Assembly (NCBI GenBank): GCA_963765205.1
Contig: CAVXVB010000005.1
Coordinates: forward strand, 160,001 to 224,000
Length of the DNA: 64,000 nt
Reading direction: 5' to 3'
Source of the DNA: an uncultured Verrucomicrobiae bacterium
GTDB taxonomy: Bacteria; Verrucomicrobiota; Verrucomicrobiia; Opitutales; JABDGR01
Part shown: one piece after another, positions 1 through 9,201 of the stretch
Layout of the letters: every line of letters starts with the position of its first letter
Numbering within the stretch: position 1 is the stretch's first letter
Translations under genes and position numbers: made by a program
The notes under the pieces: generated by a model
Databases searched by the model: none
What the model was told of the DNA's origin: nothing
What the model saw: the letters and a program-made list of their open reading frames with translations, nothing else

Positions 1-276
1 GAGCCGCTCGGCGGCAACAGCATGGCGGTGGCGCAGACGGAATACAGCTTCGAGCTATTCAAGGACTTCCGCCTCGCCTTCTTCCACGACATCGGATTCG
101 TCAACCCGAACGCTTATGACATAAGCCCCGGGGGCTACCGCCAGGACGTCGGCATCGGTCTGCATTTCTTCCTGATGAAGCAACCCATCCGCATTGACTT
201 TGGCTATCCGCTCAACGCCGACCGCTTCCAGTCGCACAGCATCACGCCCAGCTTTTCGTTCCAAGCCGTCTATTAA
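1..276 (+). CDS. bamA: Outer membrane protein assembly factor BamA/Omp85 family, C-terminal part (5' end outside window)
   Basis: FFHDIG...YRQDVGIGLHF...PIRIDFGYPL...FSFQAVY resembles the Omp85 barrel C-terminus and ends in an aromatic residue. Confidence 0.75.
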   Translation, partial: EPLGGNSMAVAQTEYSFELFKDFRLAFFHDIGFVNPNAYDISPGGYRQDVGIGLHFFLMKQPIRIDFGYPLNADRFQSHSITPSFSFQAVY

Positions 277-296
277 GCGCGCTGCGAGAGACTTAC

Positions 297-1250
297 TTAG
301 TTGGTCTGCAGGGTCAACACATGGATGATGGGCGTCGGCCCGCTCAAGCCATTGTAAACGGTTCCATAGATTTTCACTGGCTTGTCCAACAACGCCACCA
401 CCGGCCCGGCCAGCACGACATCGCTGAGGTCCGCGAGGTAGATCACCTGGCCTTTGTCGCTATACAACACGTATTGGGCATTGATGGGGCCGCTGATTTT
501 CGTGTCCGTGCGCAGGCGAAGCGTGCCGTAATAGAAATGAGGCAGGCCGGGGCTTTCCGCGGGTTGGGGCGGCGCGGGGATGGCCGTGACGGCCACTGGC
601 GGTGTAACCGCAGTTACGGGGGTGATGGCGGTGACTTTCGCCGGTGGCGGGACGGGTGCCGGCGGAGTCACAGTGGCGGGTGCCGACGGTTGAGCCGGAG
701 CCGGCACCGGTGCAGGCGCGGGCGTTGGCGTGGGTGCTGCGGCCACTGTGGGCGTGGGAACTGGTGCGGGTGCAGGCGCGGGCGCAGGAGCGCTGGCAGC
801 GGGTGGGGGAGCAGGCTTGATGAAATACACGGTCACCGGGCCGGGAAAGTTCACTTGTGACCAAGCGACGTCCGTGCTGGTCAGGACCAAAGGCGGACTA
901 TCCGGCGCATTCCCCAGCACGGGGCTGGCGGCATCTGCCACCGTGTGGACGGGTGTGCCGGGAATTACAGATAGATTTAAGCGCGATTTGTCCGTCGGCA
1001 CAAAGCCGGGGAACGGGCCGGGCAAATCGAGCGACTCCCAGCCCAGTGCGGCTTGCGCGGAATCGGAGACGGGTTTCGCATTGGCCAGGCGCGTGTCGTC
1101 GGGCTCGAGGCGTTGGAACACCGGCGTCGTGGCGTCGGGCGACAGGTAAACAGCCAGGTCGGTCGAAGGCCCAAAGCCGTCGGCCCGCAGCGCCGGGGCG
1201 GCGAGCAGGCCGAGCGCGACCGCCAAAATGAGGTGAAAGCGATGATTCAT
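297..1250 (-). CDS. Secreted Pro/Ala-rich hypothetical protein
   Basis: Signal peptide MNHRFHLILAVALGLLAAPALRA from ATG at 1250; long PAPAP linker between two globular parts. Confidence 0.7.
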   Translation of the reverse strand: MNHRFHLILAVALGLLAAPALRADGFGPSTDLAVYLSPDATTPVFQRLEPDDTRLANAKPVSDSAQAALGWESLDLPGPFPGFVPTDKSRLNLSVIPGTPVHTVADAASPVLGNAPDSPPLVLTSTDVAWSQVNFPGPVTVYFIKPAPPPAASAPAPAPAPAPVPTPTVAAAPTPTPAPAPVPAPAQPSAPATVTPPAPVPPPAKVTAITPVTAVTPPVAVTAIPAPPQPAESPGLPHFYYGTLRLRTDTKISGPINAQYVLYSDKGQVIYLADLSDVVLAGPVVALLDKPVKIYGTVYNGLSGPTPIIHVLTLQTN

Positions 1251-1392
1251 GGCAATGGTGGCAACAGGTCTATAACCACGCAGCATAACGTGCTTTCGGC
1301 CAACGACAAAGCATTTTCTCCAAGGTGGCCAGCCTATTTTGGGAGTTGCCAAGCGCCTCCCGGGCGGCGATTTTTTACGTTTGGCCCTGCGC

Positions 1393-2553
1393 ATGATTAC
1401 CGATTCCAGCCCCTCCGCCTTCAATAAAGACCGTCCCTTTTTGGCACGGTTGACCGAGCGCCGCCGCCTTTCGAAGCCCGGCAGCGAGAAGGACACGCGC
1501 CACTTCGTCGTGAATATCGCGGGCAGTGGGTTAACTTACAAGTGCGGTGATTCGCTCGGCGTCTATCCCACCAACGACCCCGTGCTGGTGGACGAAGTGC
1601 TGCGCGCAGTCGGTCTGCATGGCGACGAGTTGGTGACGCTCAAAACCCTTGTTACCGTGCCGCTGCGCGAGGCGCTGCTCACGCGCTTTTCGCTCGCGCA
1701 GCCGACCAAAAAAACGCTCCATACCTTCCACGCCCATGCGACCGCGTTGGATGAGCAGGCGCGCCTCCACAACCTGCTCAACAACACCAAGCCCGAGGAA
1801 TTGCACGCCTACCTCGAACAACGCGAGTTCCTCGACCTCCTCGAGGAATACCCCAGCGTGCGCTTCGGCCCGCATACGTTTCTCGAACTTTTCCGCAAAC
1901 TCCAGCCGCGTCTCTATTCCATCGCCTCCTCGCCCGTGCTCCATCCGCACGAAGTCCACCTCACCATCGCCGTCGTGCGTTATGAGACGAACGGCCGCCC
2001 GCGCCTCGGCGTCGCCTCGACCTACCTCGCCGACCGCGCGCCGGAAAATGAAGCCGCCGTGCCCGTCTTCGTCTCGCACTCGCATTTCGGGCTGCCGGAG
2101 GACCCCGCGCGCGACCTCATCATGGTCGGCCCCGGCACCGGCATCGCGCCCTTCCGCGCCTTCGCGCAGGAGCGCATCGCGCACCACGCGTCCGGCCGTA
2201 TGTGGGTGTTTTTTGGCGAACAGCGCCGCGCCTTCGATTATTTATACGAGGAGGAATGGGAAGCCTGGCGCGCCGCCGGCCAACTCGCGCGCCTCGACCT
2301 CGCCTTCTCGCGCGACCAAAAGCACAAAATCTATGTGCAAGACCGCATGATGGAACACGCTGCCGAATTGTGGGCCTGGCTGAAAAACGGCGCGGCCTTC
2401 TACGTCTGCGGCGACGCCAAACGCATGGCCAAAGACGTGGACTCCGCCCTCCACGACCTCATCGCCCACCAAGGCGGGATGGACGCCGCGCAGGCCATTG
2501 AATACGTTAAACTGATGAAAAAGGAGAAAAGATATCAGCGGGATGTGTATTGA
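1393..2553 (+). CDS. cysJ: Sulfite reductase flavoprotein alpha-like FAD/NADPH oxidoreductase (no flavodoxin domain)
   Basis: RLYSIASS, GVASTYL, MVGPGTGIAPFR, YVCGDAKRMAKDV and terminal RYQRDVY motifs. Confidence 0.85.
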   Translation: MITDSSPSAFNKDRPFLARLTERRRLSKPGSEKDTRHFVVNIAGSGLTYKCGDSLGVYPTNDPVLVDEVLRAVGLHGDELVTLKTLVTVPLREALLTRFSLAQPTKKTLHTFHAHATALDEQARLHNLLNNTKPEELHAYLEQREFLDLLEEYPSVRFGPHTFLELFRKLQPRLYSIASSPVLHPHEVHLTIAVVRYETNGRPRLGVASTYLADRAPENEAAVPVFVSHSHFGLPEDPARDLIMVGPGTGIAPFRAFAQERIAHHASGRMWVFFGEQRRAFDYLYEEEWEAWRAAGQLARLDLAFSRDQKHKIYVQDRMMEHAAELWAWLKNGAAFYVCGDAKRMAKDVDSALHDLIAHQGGMDAAQAIEYVKLMKKEKRYQRDVY

Positions 2554-2560
2554 GCTGGGC

Positions 2561-2655
2561 AGAATAGGGAAGGTGGAATGTAGAAGGTAGAATCTGCGCC
2601 AAAGAAATTTAACTTCATTCTTCATTTTACATTCCCCCTTCTACCTCCTACCTTC
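2561..2655. repeat. Inverted array of degenerate 7-mers (GGTAGAA)n / (TTCTACC)n
   Basis: ggtggaa-tgtagaa-ggtagaa facing ttctacc-tcctacc-ttc, just after the cysJ stop. Confidence 0.7.
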
Positions 2656-2731
2656 GGCAATTATATACCCGTTTCATCAAAGGCCATCGGCCCGAAAGGG
2701 GGGCCGGTGAGTGAATCTGCATCTTTCAGCC

Positions 2732-3469
2732 CTATTCGTCTGGGTAATCATCAGTGTCATTCCCGCGCGGGGTGGACTTGTGCCTCAATGCGGAATCGAG
2801 AATGAAGCAAAAATTGGTATATCTGGCCTTTTTGAAGGCGTCAAAGTATTCGACGCGGCCCAAGATATACAATGCCCTTTCCCCTTCTGTTTGATGCCCG
2901 CCGGGGTCGCAACGAAGCGTGAAAACATCTTGTGGCCCAACATACAGGGTTCCAGAACACAACTCTTTGGGAATAGGTTGAATTCTAAAGTTATCGGGTT
3001 GGGGAATTTCCAACGAAGACACGGAGCCTTTAGCAACCACGCGATAGGCGGGGGTTTGTCCGGTATTCTTAAAGACAACAACGTAAGTTGGTATGTTATT
3101 GCCAGTAGGAGTCCCTTTTTCAAAATTGGAAAAGGTCAAATAGGCCCGCAACTGCCTTTCAGAGGATTCTTTACTCGCATCTATCGCCTTTCGCATCAAG
3201 CGAGCTTGGATTCCATAAATGACAGCTTGTATGAAAACGATTCCCAGCGTGGCGATTTCAATCCAATTAAGATACTCTAAACATCTATTCATAATAATCC
3301 AAGACCTTTTTGCTATTTCACCCGTATCCACCCCTTCAATACGATTACTCTCGCCATGTCTTGCCGGTTTTGCATGGTTAATTATAAACTCGATATACGC
3401 TTCATCCAATTTCAATGCTGTTCGCATTTCTTCCCATTGATTTTTTTTCTCTTTTCCTGGAGCTATCAT
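2732..3469 (-). CDS. AT-rich hypothetical protein with one predicted TM helix
   Basis: 245-aa ORF with hydrophobic WIEIATLGIVFIQAVIYGIQA followed by SERQLRAYL...FKNTGQTPAY; composition differs from flanks. Confidence 0.65.
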   Translation of the reverse strand: MIAPGKEKKNQWEEMRTALKLDEAYIEFIINHAKPARHGESNRIEGVDTGEIAKRSWIIMNRCLEYLNWIEIATLGIVFIQAVIYGIQARLMRKAIDASKESSERQLRAYLTFSNFEKGTPTGNNIPTYVVVFKNTGQTPAYRVVAKGSVSSLEIPQPDNFRIQPIPKELCSGTLYVGPQDVFTLRCDPGGHQTEGERALYILGRVEYFDAFKKARYTNFCFILDSALRHKSTPRGNDTDDYPDE

Positions 3470-3588
3470 ATGTCTTATGTTTTCAATCGCCTTCCCGCAA
3501 TTTGCCGGGCATTTATTTGTTGTGGCTACCGCCTCAATGAGTTCGCCCTGAGCAATCCAAATACCTTCTACTCCTACCTCCCGTCCCC

Positions 3589-4338
3589 ATGAGCCTGCTC
3601 ACCTTCACCAACCGCACCGCCCTCGTCACGGGCGCGGGGCGGGGCATCGGCAAGGCCGTTGCCAAGAAACTCGCCGCCCAGGGCGTCAAGGTCCTGTGCG
3701 TGTCGAAAAACCCGGACTCCTGCGGAGGCGTCGCCGCCGCGGTGACCGTCGCCGGGGGCAAGGCCTTTGCGTATCCCGTGGACGTGGCCGACTCCGCCGC
3801 GGTCAAGGCCGTGTGCGAGCAAATCCTCCGGGAGCACGAGCGGGTGGACATCCTCATCAACAACGCGGGCATCACGCGCGACATGCTGTTGCTGCGCATG
3901 AGCGACGAGGACTGGCACGCCGTGCTCAACACCAACCTGTCGAGTTGTTTTTATTTCACCAAGGCGCTGCTGCAGCCGATGGCGCGGGCGCGCTGGGGGC
4001 GCATCATCAGCATTACCTCGGTGGTCGGCCTGATGGGCAACGCCGGGCAGGCCAACTACGCCGCGGCCAAGGCCGGGATGCTGGGCTTCACGAAGTCGCT
4101 CGCGCGCGAGCTGGCCGGGCGCAACATCACCGTCAACGCCGTCGCCCCGGGCTTCATCACCACGGACATGACCTCGAAGCTCTCCCCGGAAATCCTCGAA
4201 AACGTGCAGAAAGTCATTCCCCTGAAACGCTTCGGCGAGCCGGACGACGTGGCGACCATGACCGCCTACCTCGCCAGCGACCAGGCCGGTTATGTAACAG
4301 GGCAAGTTTTTACGGTTGACGGTGGCATGGTGATGTAG
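3589..4338 (+). CDS. fabG: 3-oxoacyl-ACP reductase
   Basis: TGAGRGIG, NNAGITRD, YAAAK, GQVFTVDGG; upstream of acpP-fabF. Confidence 0.97.
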   Translation: MSLLTFTNRTALVTGAGRGIGKAVAKKLAAQGVKVLCVSKNPDSCGGVAAAVTVAGGKAFAYPVDVADSAAVKAVCEQILREHERVDILINNAGITRDMLLLRMSDEDWHAVLNTNLSSCFYFTKALLQPMARARWGRIISITSVVGLMGNAGQANYAAAKAGMLGFTKSLARELAGRNITVNAVAPGFITTDMTSKLSPEILENVQKVIPLKRFGEPDDVATMTAYLASDQAGYVTGQVFTVDGGMVM

Positions 4339-4351
4339 GGCGGGCCGAGCA

Positions 4352-4380
4352 TTGACAGGTGCCAAATGAAAAGTTACGGT
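4352..4380 (+). promoter_or_regulatory. Sigma70-like promoter of TA operon 1 (likely leaderless)
   Basis: TTGACA-N17-TACGGT; ATG follows 7 nt later with no Shine-Dalgarno. Confidence 0.6.
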
Positions 4381-4387
4381 TTGGCTC

Positions 4388-4573
4388 ATGAAGAAAGCCG
4401 CCAGAAACGGAGTTCCCGTCCTCACGGATTGGGAGCCGACGCCCCGCCTCAAGCGTGCCATGCGTGAGGTGGACGCCGGGCGCGGGTTAATTTCGCTGGG
4501 TAATTACGAACAGGCCAGTGAATACTTTCGCCGTCTTTATGAAAGAAACCGCCCTAAATCGGCGCGCCGCTGA
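4388..4573 (+). CDS. Putative antitoxin (resembles RelB/DinJ C-terminal part)
   Basis: 61 aa, PTPRLKRAMREVDAGRGL motif, overlaps downstream YafQ-like toxin. Confidence 0.7.
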   Translation: MKKAARNGVPVLTDWEPTPRLKRAMREVDAGRGLISLGNYEQASEYFRRLYERNRPKSARR

Positions 4574-4928
4574 AGAATTGGGTTTCCTCTTCAGGACGGG
4601 GTGGGTGTCGCAGGAAGACTGGCAGCATCTGCTCTATTTGCTGTCCAAGGATGAACCGTTGCCCCCGGAATACCATGAACATCGGCTGACCGACAATTGG
4701 ACGGGGCATTGGGAATGTCATCTATCAGGTGACTTAATTGTCATTTACAAACGCAAACCCACCAGAATCATTTTTACGGCCATTGGCACGCATCAGGAAT
4801 TGTTCCATTCGCGCCGCCGCAAAGCCAAGGGCCGGAAACCGCCCCCAACAGACCTTGATGAAATCATCGAACGGGCCCTCAACAAGGCTGCGCGCGAAAT
4901 CAAACGCTGGTGGGCAGCGCGGCGGTAA
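4518..4928 (+). CDS. yafQ: YafQ/RelE-family mRNA interferase toxin with C-terminal extension
   Basis: PLPPEYHEHRLTDNWTGHWECHLSGDLIVIY...IGTHQELF; start uncertain. Confidence 0.85.
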   Translation: MNTFAVFMKETALNRRAAEELGFLFRTGWVSQEDWQHLLYLLSKDEPLPPEYHEHRLTDNWTGHWECHLSGDLIVIYKRKPTRIIFTAIGTHQELFHSRRRKAKGRKPPPTDLDEIIERALNKAAREIKRWWAARR

Positions 4929-5029
4929 GCGGACGCCGGCCCCCCGCCCTCGTTTTTTACGGTTGACGGCGGCATGGCAATGTGAAGGCTTGCCTCCATT
5001 CAAACCTCAACCCTTTCCCACTCACGACT

Positions 5030-5290
5030 ATGGCGGATAAATCCATCGAACAGCGCGTTAAAGACATCATCGTCAGCCAGCTCAACGTCAACGAAGAGCA
5101 GGTGACGCCCCAGGCTTCCTTTCTCGACGACCTCGGGGCGGATTCCCTTGACCTGGTCGAATTGATCATGGCCTTCGAGGAGGAGTTCAAAAACGAGATC
5201 AAGGGCGAAATCCCCGAGGCCGAGGCTGAAAAGCTCACCACCGTCGGCCAGGTTGTGGACTACATCAAGGCGAAGTCCGGCGCGAAATAA
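5030..5290 (+). CDS. acpP: Acyl carrier protein
   Basis: [20 protein letters not shown]. Confidence 0.97.
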   Translation: MADKSIEQRVKDIIVSQLNVNEEQVTPQASFLDDLGADSLDLVELIMAFEEEFKNEIKGEIPEAEAEKLTTVGQVVDYIKAKSGAK

Positions 5291-5353
5291 GCGCCGTTTT
5301 TTCCCGCGCCGGCCTCCTCTTGCGCGCCGGATTTTATTTTTTTGGTTTGCCGC

Positions 5354-6610
5354 ATGGATACCGCGCCGAAATTCCCCCGGGTGGTGGTCACGGGCCTCGG
5401 GGCCGTTACCTCCCTCGGCCACAATGTGCCCGACTTTTGGGCAGGCTTGCTCGCGGGCCGCAGCGGCATCCGCCGCATCGAGCGCTTCGACGTCACGGAC
5501 TACCCGTGCAAGGTCGGCGCGGAGGTGCGCGACTGGGACCCGGCGAAGTTCATGGACCCCAAGGAAGTCCGGCGCAACGATCGTTATACGCATTTCGCCG
5601 TCGTCGCCGCGCTCCAGGCCATGGCCGACGCGAATCTGACCGCCGCACAGACCGACCCCGACCGCATGGGCGTCATCGTCGGCTCGGGCATCGGCGGCCT
5701 CGAAACCATCGGCAAGCAATCCAAGGCGCTCTTTGACGGCGGCCCGCGCAAGGTGTCGCCGTTCATGATTCCCTCGCTCATTTCAAACATGGCCGCCGGC
5801 GTGATTGCCATTGCCACCGGCGCGAAGGGGCCGAATTTCGGCGTGGTTTCCGCCTGCGCGACCGGCACGCACGCGCTCGGCGCCTCGCTGCGCGCCATGC
5901 AGTTTGGCGAGGCGGACGTGATGATCGCCGGCGGCAGCGAGGCGGCCATCACCAATTTGGGCTACGGCGGATTTTGCGCGGCGCGCGCGATGAGCACGAA
6001 TTTCAACGACCAGCCCGAGCGCGCCAGCCGCCCCTTCGACAAGCTGCGCGACGGCTTCGTGATGGGCGAGGGCGCGGGCGTCCTCGTCCTCGAAACGCTC
6101 GAACACGCCCGCTGGCGCGGCGCGCGCATTTACGCCGAACTGGCGGGCTATGCCGCTACCTGCGACGCCCACCATATCACCAGCCCCGACCCCACCGGCG
6201 GCGGCCTCGCCCGGGCCTTGCGCACGGCGCTGAAGACCGCCGGCCTCACTCCCGGAGAGGTGGACTATATCAATGCCCACGGCACCTCGACGCCCTACAA
6301 CGACAAGTTCGAGACCTTGGCCGTAAAGACCGTCTTTGGCGACCAGGCCTACAAAATCCCAATGAGCTCGACCAAATCCATGACCGGGCACCTGCTCGGC
6401 GCGGCAGGCGGCATTGAGGCCATCGTTTGCCTCAAGGCCATCGAAAGCGGTGAAATTCCTCCCACCATCAATTTGGAGGAGCAGGATTTTCCCGATTGCG
6501 ATTTGGACTATGTGCCCAACGTCAAACGCACCCATAAGACGCGCGTGGCCCTCAGCAGCAACCTCGGCTTCGGCGGCCATAACGCGGTCGTGGTGTTCAA
6601 GGCGATCTAA
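5354..6610 (+). CDS. fabF: Beta-ketoacyl-ACP synthase II
   Basis: RVVVTGLG, SACATG, YINAHGTST, KSMTGHLLGAAG, GFGGHN. Confidence 0.97.
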   Translation: MDTAPKFPRVVVTGLGAVTSLGHNVPDFWAGLLAGRSGIRRIERFDVTDYPCKVGAEVRDWDPAKFMDPKEVRRNDRYTHFAVVAALQAMADANLTAAQTDPDRMGVIVGSGIGGLETIGKQSKALFDGGPRKVSPFMIPSLISNMAAGVIAIATGAKGPNFGVVSACATGTHALGASLRAMQFGEADVMIAGGSEAAITNLGYGGFCAARAMSTNFNDQPERASRPFDKLRDGFVMGEGAGVLVLETLEHARWRGARIYAELAGYAATCDAHHITSPDPTGGGLARALRTALKTAGLTPGEVDYINAHGTSTPYNDKFETLAVKTVFGDQAYKIPMSSTKSMTGHLLGAAGGIEAIVCLKAIESGEIPPTINLEEQDFPDCDLDYVPNVKRTHKTRVALSSNLGFGGHNAVVVFKAI

Positions 6611-6750
6611 TCCATATCTGGCAGAGGAATGAGCGGGGGCGGACGGGGGGCCTTTCAGTCAATCCGCGCTTGCGCGTTTACAGGGAACCCGGCAAAGTGC
6701 CCACCTATCCCAGCCGTCCTCTCCGGCGGCCCCATCCCACCCCCTGACTC

Positions 6751-7341
6751 ATGCGTAAAAAACTATTCTACTTCTCCGGCCTGGCGCTTTTGTCGGCCAT
6801 TTATGCCGCGCAACCCCCCGCCCTGACATCCAGTCCCGCGCCCATTACATTTCCGGTTTACGGCTTTAGCATCAATCCGTTTGAGACACAGACTGATGGC
6901 TTGGTGCTCCAGGCGCTGCAAATGAGCTGGCCCATCGTTCCTTTGCCGTCGGACAAAAACAAGGGCTTCGCCCCCGCCATCAATGTTATGGTCTGGCCAG
7001 CCACCGAGGACATGGCTCAATACGAGGCCAAGCAGCGGCTGGACCTGCAGGCGCACAACATGACCATTCAGCACGAAAGCATTAACAAGGACAACACCGA
7101 GTGGACGCTCGAATACGTCGGCGTGGGCAATGGCGGTGCGGCGATGCATTGGTATGCCCACATCGTCAATGGGGGCAAACGCATTTACATCGCCACCGGC
7201 ACCACGCCCGACGAGATGTGGAGCCTGTATGGCGACAAAGTGAAGGCGTGTGTGGACAGCCTCAAGTCTACCGGCACCGCCCAGATCGGCCCGCTGACCG
7301 CGCCGGCGACAACCGTGCCCCCCCTCAAGTTGACGCCTTAA
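6751..7341 (+). CDS. Secreted hypothetical protein (possibly PsbP/DcrB-like fold)
   Basis: Signal peptide; PAINVM...RIYIATGT...KACVDSL pattern; fold is inferred. Confidence 0.6.
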   Translation: MRKKLFYFSGLALLSAIYAAQPPALTSSPAPITFPVYGFSINPFETQTDGLVLQALQMSWPIVPLPSDKNKGFAPAINVMVWPATEDMAQYEAKQRLDLQAHNMTIQHESINKDNTEWTLEYVGVGNGGAAMHWYAHIVNGGKRIYIATGTTPDEMWSLYGDKVKACVDSLKSTGTAQIGPLTAPATTVPPLKLTP

Positions 7342-7398
7342 TATATAACATGGCTTCCGCCCAATTTCAGCGTCGGGTTTTCAAGCTGCGCTTCATCT

Positions 7399-8451
7399 AT
7401 GAACTGGCCCCCATTCATTTTGCCGGCGATAAGTCTTTGCCTGTGGTCGGTTGCAAAAGGCGCGGATGCACCTGCTCCGGCGGTCGCCTCGACTTCGGCC
7501 AGCTCCGCGACCTCCGTGGCGGTTGCACCCGCGGCCGCCAAATCAGAATCGCTGCTCTTCGCCTATTTTATCGGCCAAGCGGATGGCCTGCATCTCGCCT
7601 GGAGCGACGACGGCTTTCAATGGACCGCGCTCAAAGGCGACCAAATGTTCCTCACGCCCCAGGTCGGCAAGGAAAAACTCATGCGCGATCCGTCCATCCA
7701 GCGCGGGCCGGACGGCGTGTTCCACTGTGTCTGGACGTGCAGTTGGAATGACCACGGCATTGGCTACGCCGACTCGCAAGACCTTATCCACTGGTCGGCG
7801 GAAAAATTCATCCCGCTCATGGAAAACGACCCCGCCACGCGCAATTGCTGGGCACCCTCGCTTTTTTACGACGCCGCGGGCGCGCAGTGGTTCATCATCT
7901 GGTCGTCCACTGTCCCCGGCAAATTCCCCGAGACCGACGGCCAGGACAAAAGCGAGAGCGACGCTGTCGGCTACAACCACCGCATCTATTACACCACCAC
8001 TAGGGACTTCACCACTTTCAGCCCCTCGAAGCTGCTGTTCAACCCCGGCTTCAACTGCATTGACGCGGCGCTTTTCCAAGACGGCAAAAAATACGTCCTC
8101 GTGTTCAAGGACGAGACCAACGTGCCCTTCCCGGTGCAGAAAAACCTCAAGCTCGCCTTCGCCGACCATCCCGCAGGCCCCTACACCGGCGTCACCGCGC
8201 CCATCAGCCCCAAGGATCCGAAAACCGGCCAAAGCCTATGGTCCGAAGGCCCCACGCCGGTAAAAATCGGCAACCAATGGCTGATTTATTTCGACGAATA
8301 CCGCGACGGCCGCTATGGCCTTATAACCTCAACGGATTTGAAAACTTGGACGGACGGCGCCGGCACATTCACCCTCCCCCAAGGCATCCGCCACGGCACC
8401 ATCTTCCACGCCCCGCCGGACATTATTGAAGCTCTGAAAAAGGTGGAGTAA
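7399..8451 (+). CDS. Secreted glycoside hydrolase family 43 protein
   Basis: GLHLAWSDDG, LMRDPSI, NCWAP, HRIYYTTT, CIDA, EGPT, RHGT. Confidence 0.88.
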   Translation: MNWPPFILPAISLCLWSVAKGADAPAPAVASTSASSATSVAVAPAAAKSESLLFAYFIGQADGLHLAWSDDGFQWTALKGDQMFLTPQVGKEKLMRDPSIQRGPDGVFHCVWTCSWNDHGIGYADSQDLIHWSAEKFIPLMENDPATRNCWAPSLFYDAAGAQWFIIWSSTVPGKFPETDGQDKSESDAVGYNHRIYYTTTRDFTTFSPSKLLFNPGFNCIDAALFQDGKKYVLVFKDETNVPFPVQKNLKLAFADHPAGPYTGVTAPISPKDPKTGQSLWSEGPTPVKIGNQWLIYFDEYRDGRYGLITSTDLKTWTDGAGTFTLPQGIRHGTIFHAPPDIIEALKKVE

Positions 8452-8500
8452 GGGCGACGGATGGGATAGGACATCTGCGGAGCCGCCTGGTCCCAGCCTT

Positions 8501-8899
8501 ATGGAATTCACCCCCAAAGAGCGAAAGACGATTGATGCACTGCGCCGTATGCAGGGCAGTCAAAGAAGATTGCGAAATTGGGCAAGGCTCTTGAATAGTT
8601 TTTTTTGTATCGGAGGAGCAACCTACATGTTTTTTCGATTGATTAATTTGCATTTCATGGCCGACCTTAAAAACATCATCGATTTGAAACCAGGATTTGT
8701 GCAATTTGATATTCTATCTGACATTGATTTTGAAAATTTCGTTGTGTTGGCATACTCCGGTGCTGGTTTCCTCCTTGGGATGGGGATTCTTTCGCTTGTA
8801 ATCACGATCATCCAGTGGCGGCCGAGTCGAGAGGAGAAATTACTCCTCAAGCTGGCTGATCAACTCGAACCGCCCGGCAAAGCCGGCGAAAAGACATGA
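8501..8899 (+). CDS. AT-rich two-TM hypothetical protein
   Basis: 132-aa ORF with two hydrophobic segments. Confidence 0.6.
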   Translation: MEFTPKERKTIDALRRMQGSQRRLRNWARLLNSFFCIGGATYMFFRLINLHFMADLKNIIDLKPGFVQFDILSDIDFENFVVLAYSGAGFLLGMGILSLVITIIQWRPSREEKLLLKLADQLEPPGKAGEKT

Positions 8900-9078
8900 A
8901 GGATATACATGCCATTCCTCCGAATTGCCAACCTTTCGATGGTTGGGACGCAATTCATGCCAACGCCACCCCGCGTCCCAGATTGACTTCGTTATTGGAC
9001 CAGTTGGACGTCGAATATAAATCCAACCCGGGAAAATTTGTGGTGCTTAACCAACATTCTCTTTCCGAACGCGAATAA
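8896..9078 (+). CDS. Small hypothetical protein or gene fragment
   Basis: ATGA overlap with upstream ORF; 60 aa. Confidence 0.35.
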   Translation: MKDIHAIPPNCQPFDGWDAIHANATPRPRLTSLLDQLDVEYKSNPGKFVVLNQHSLSERE

Positions 9079-9123
9079 ATTTAGGCTTTGCTGCGACAGG
9101 GAACAGGGCTTGAGAAACCTCCT

Positions 9124-9164
9124 TTGTCCCGGGGAGCGCGGGCGTCCCGCGCTCCCCGGGACAA
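9124..9164. repeat. Perfect 19-bp-stem palindrome (REP-like or bidirectional terminator)
   Basis: ttgtcccggggagcgcggg-cgt-cccgcgctccccgggacaa between convergent genes. Confidence 0.8.
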
Positions 9165-9201
9165 GAGACAATTCCCAGAACACGATTAATAATTTAAAAA
9201 A

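Larger units (their letters stand above)
4307..4985 (+). mobile_element. TA cassette bounded by a 32-bp imperfect direct repeat of the fabG 3' end
   Basis: 4307-4338 tttttacggttgacggtggcatggtgatgtag vs 4954-4985 tttttacggttgacggcggcatggcaatgtga (27/32 identical). Confidence 0.8.

Noticed and set aside
2711..3280. 189-aa plus-strand ORF with a signal-like start
   Set aside because: Antisense shadow of the longer 2732-3469 ORF, which has more protein-like motifs.
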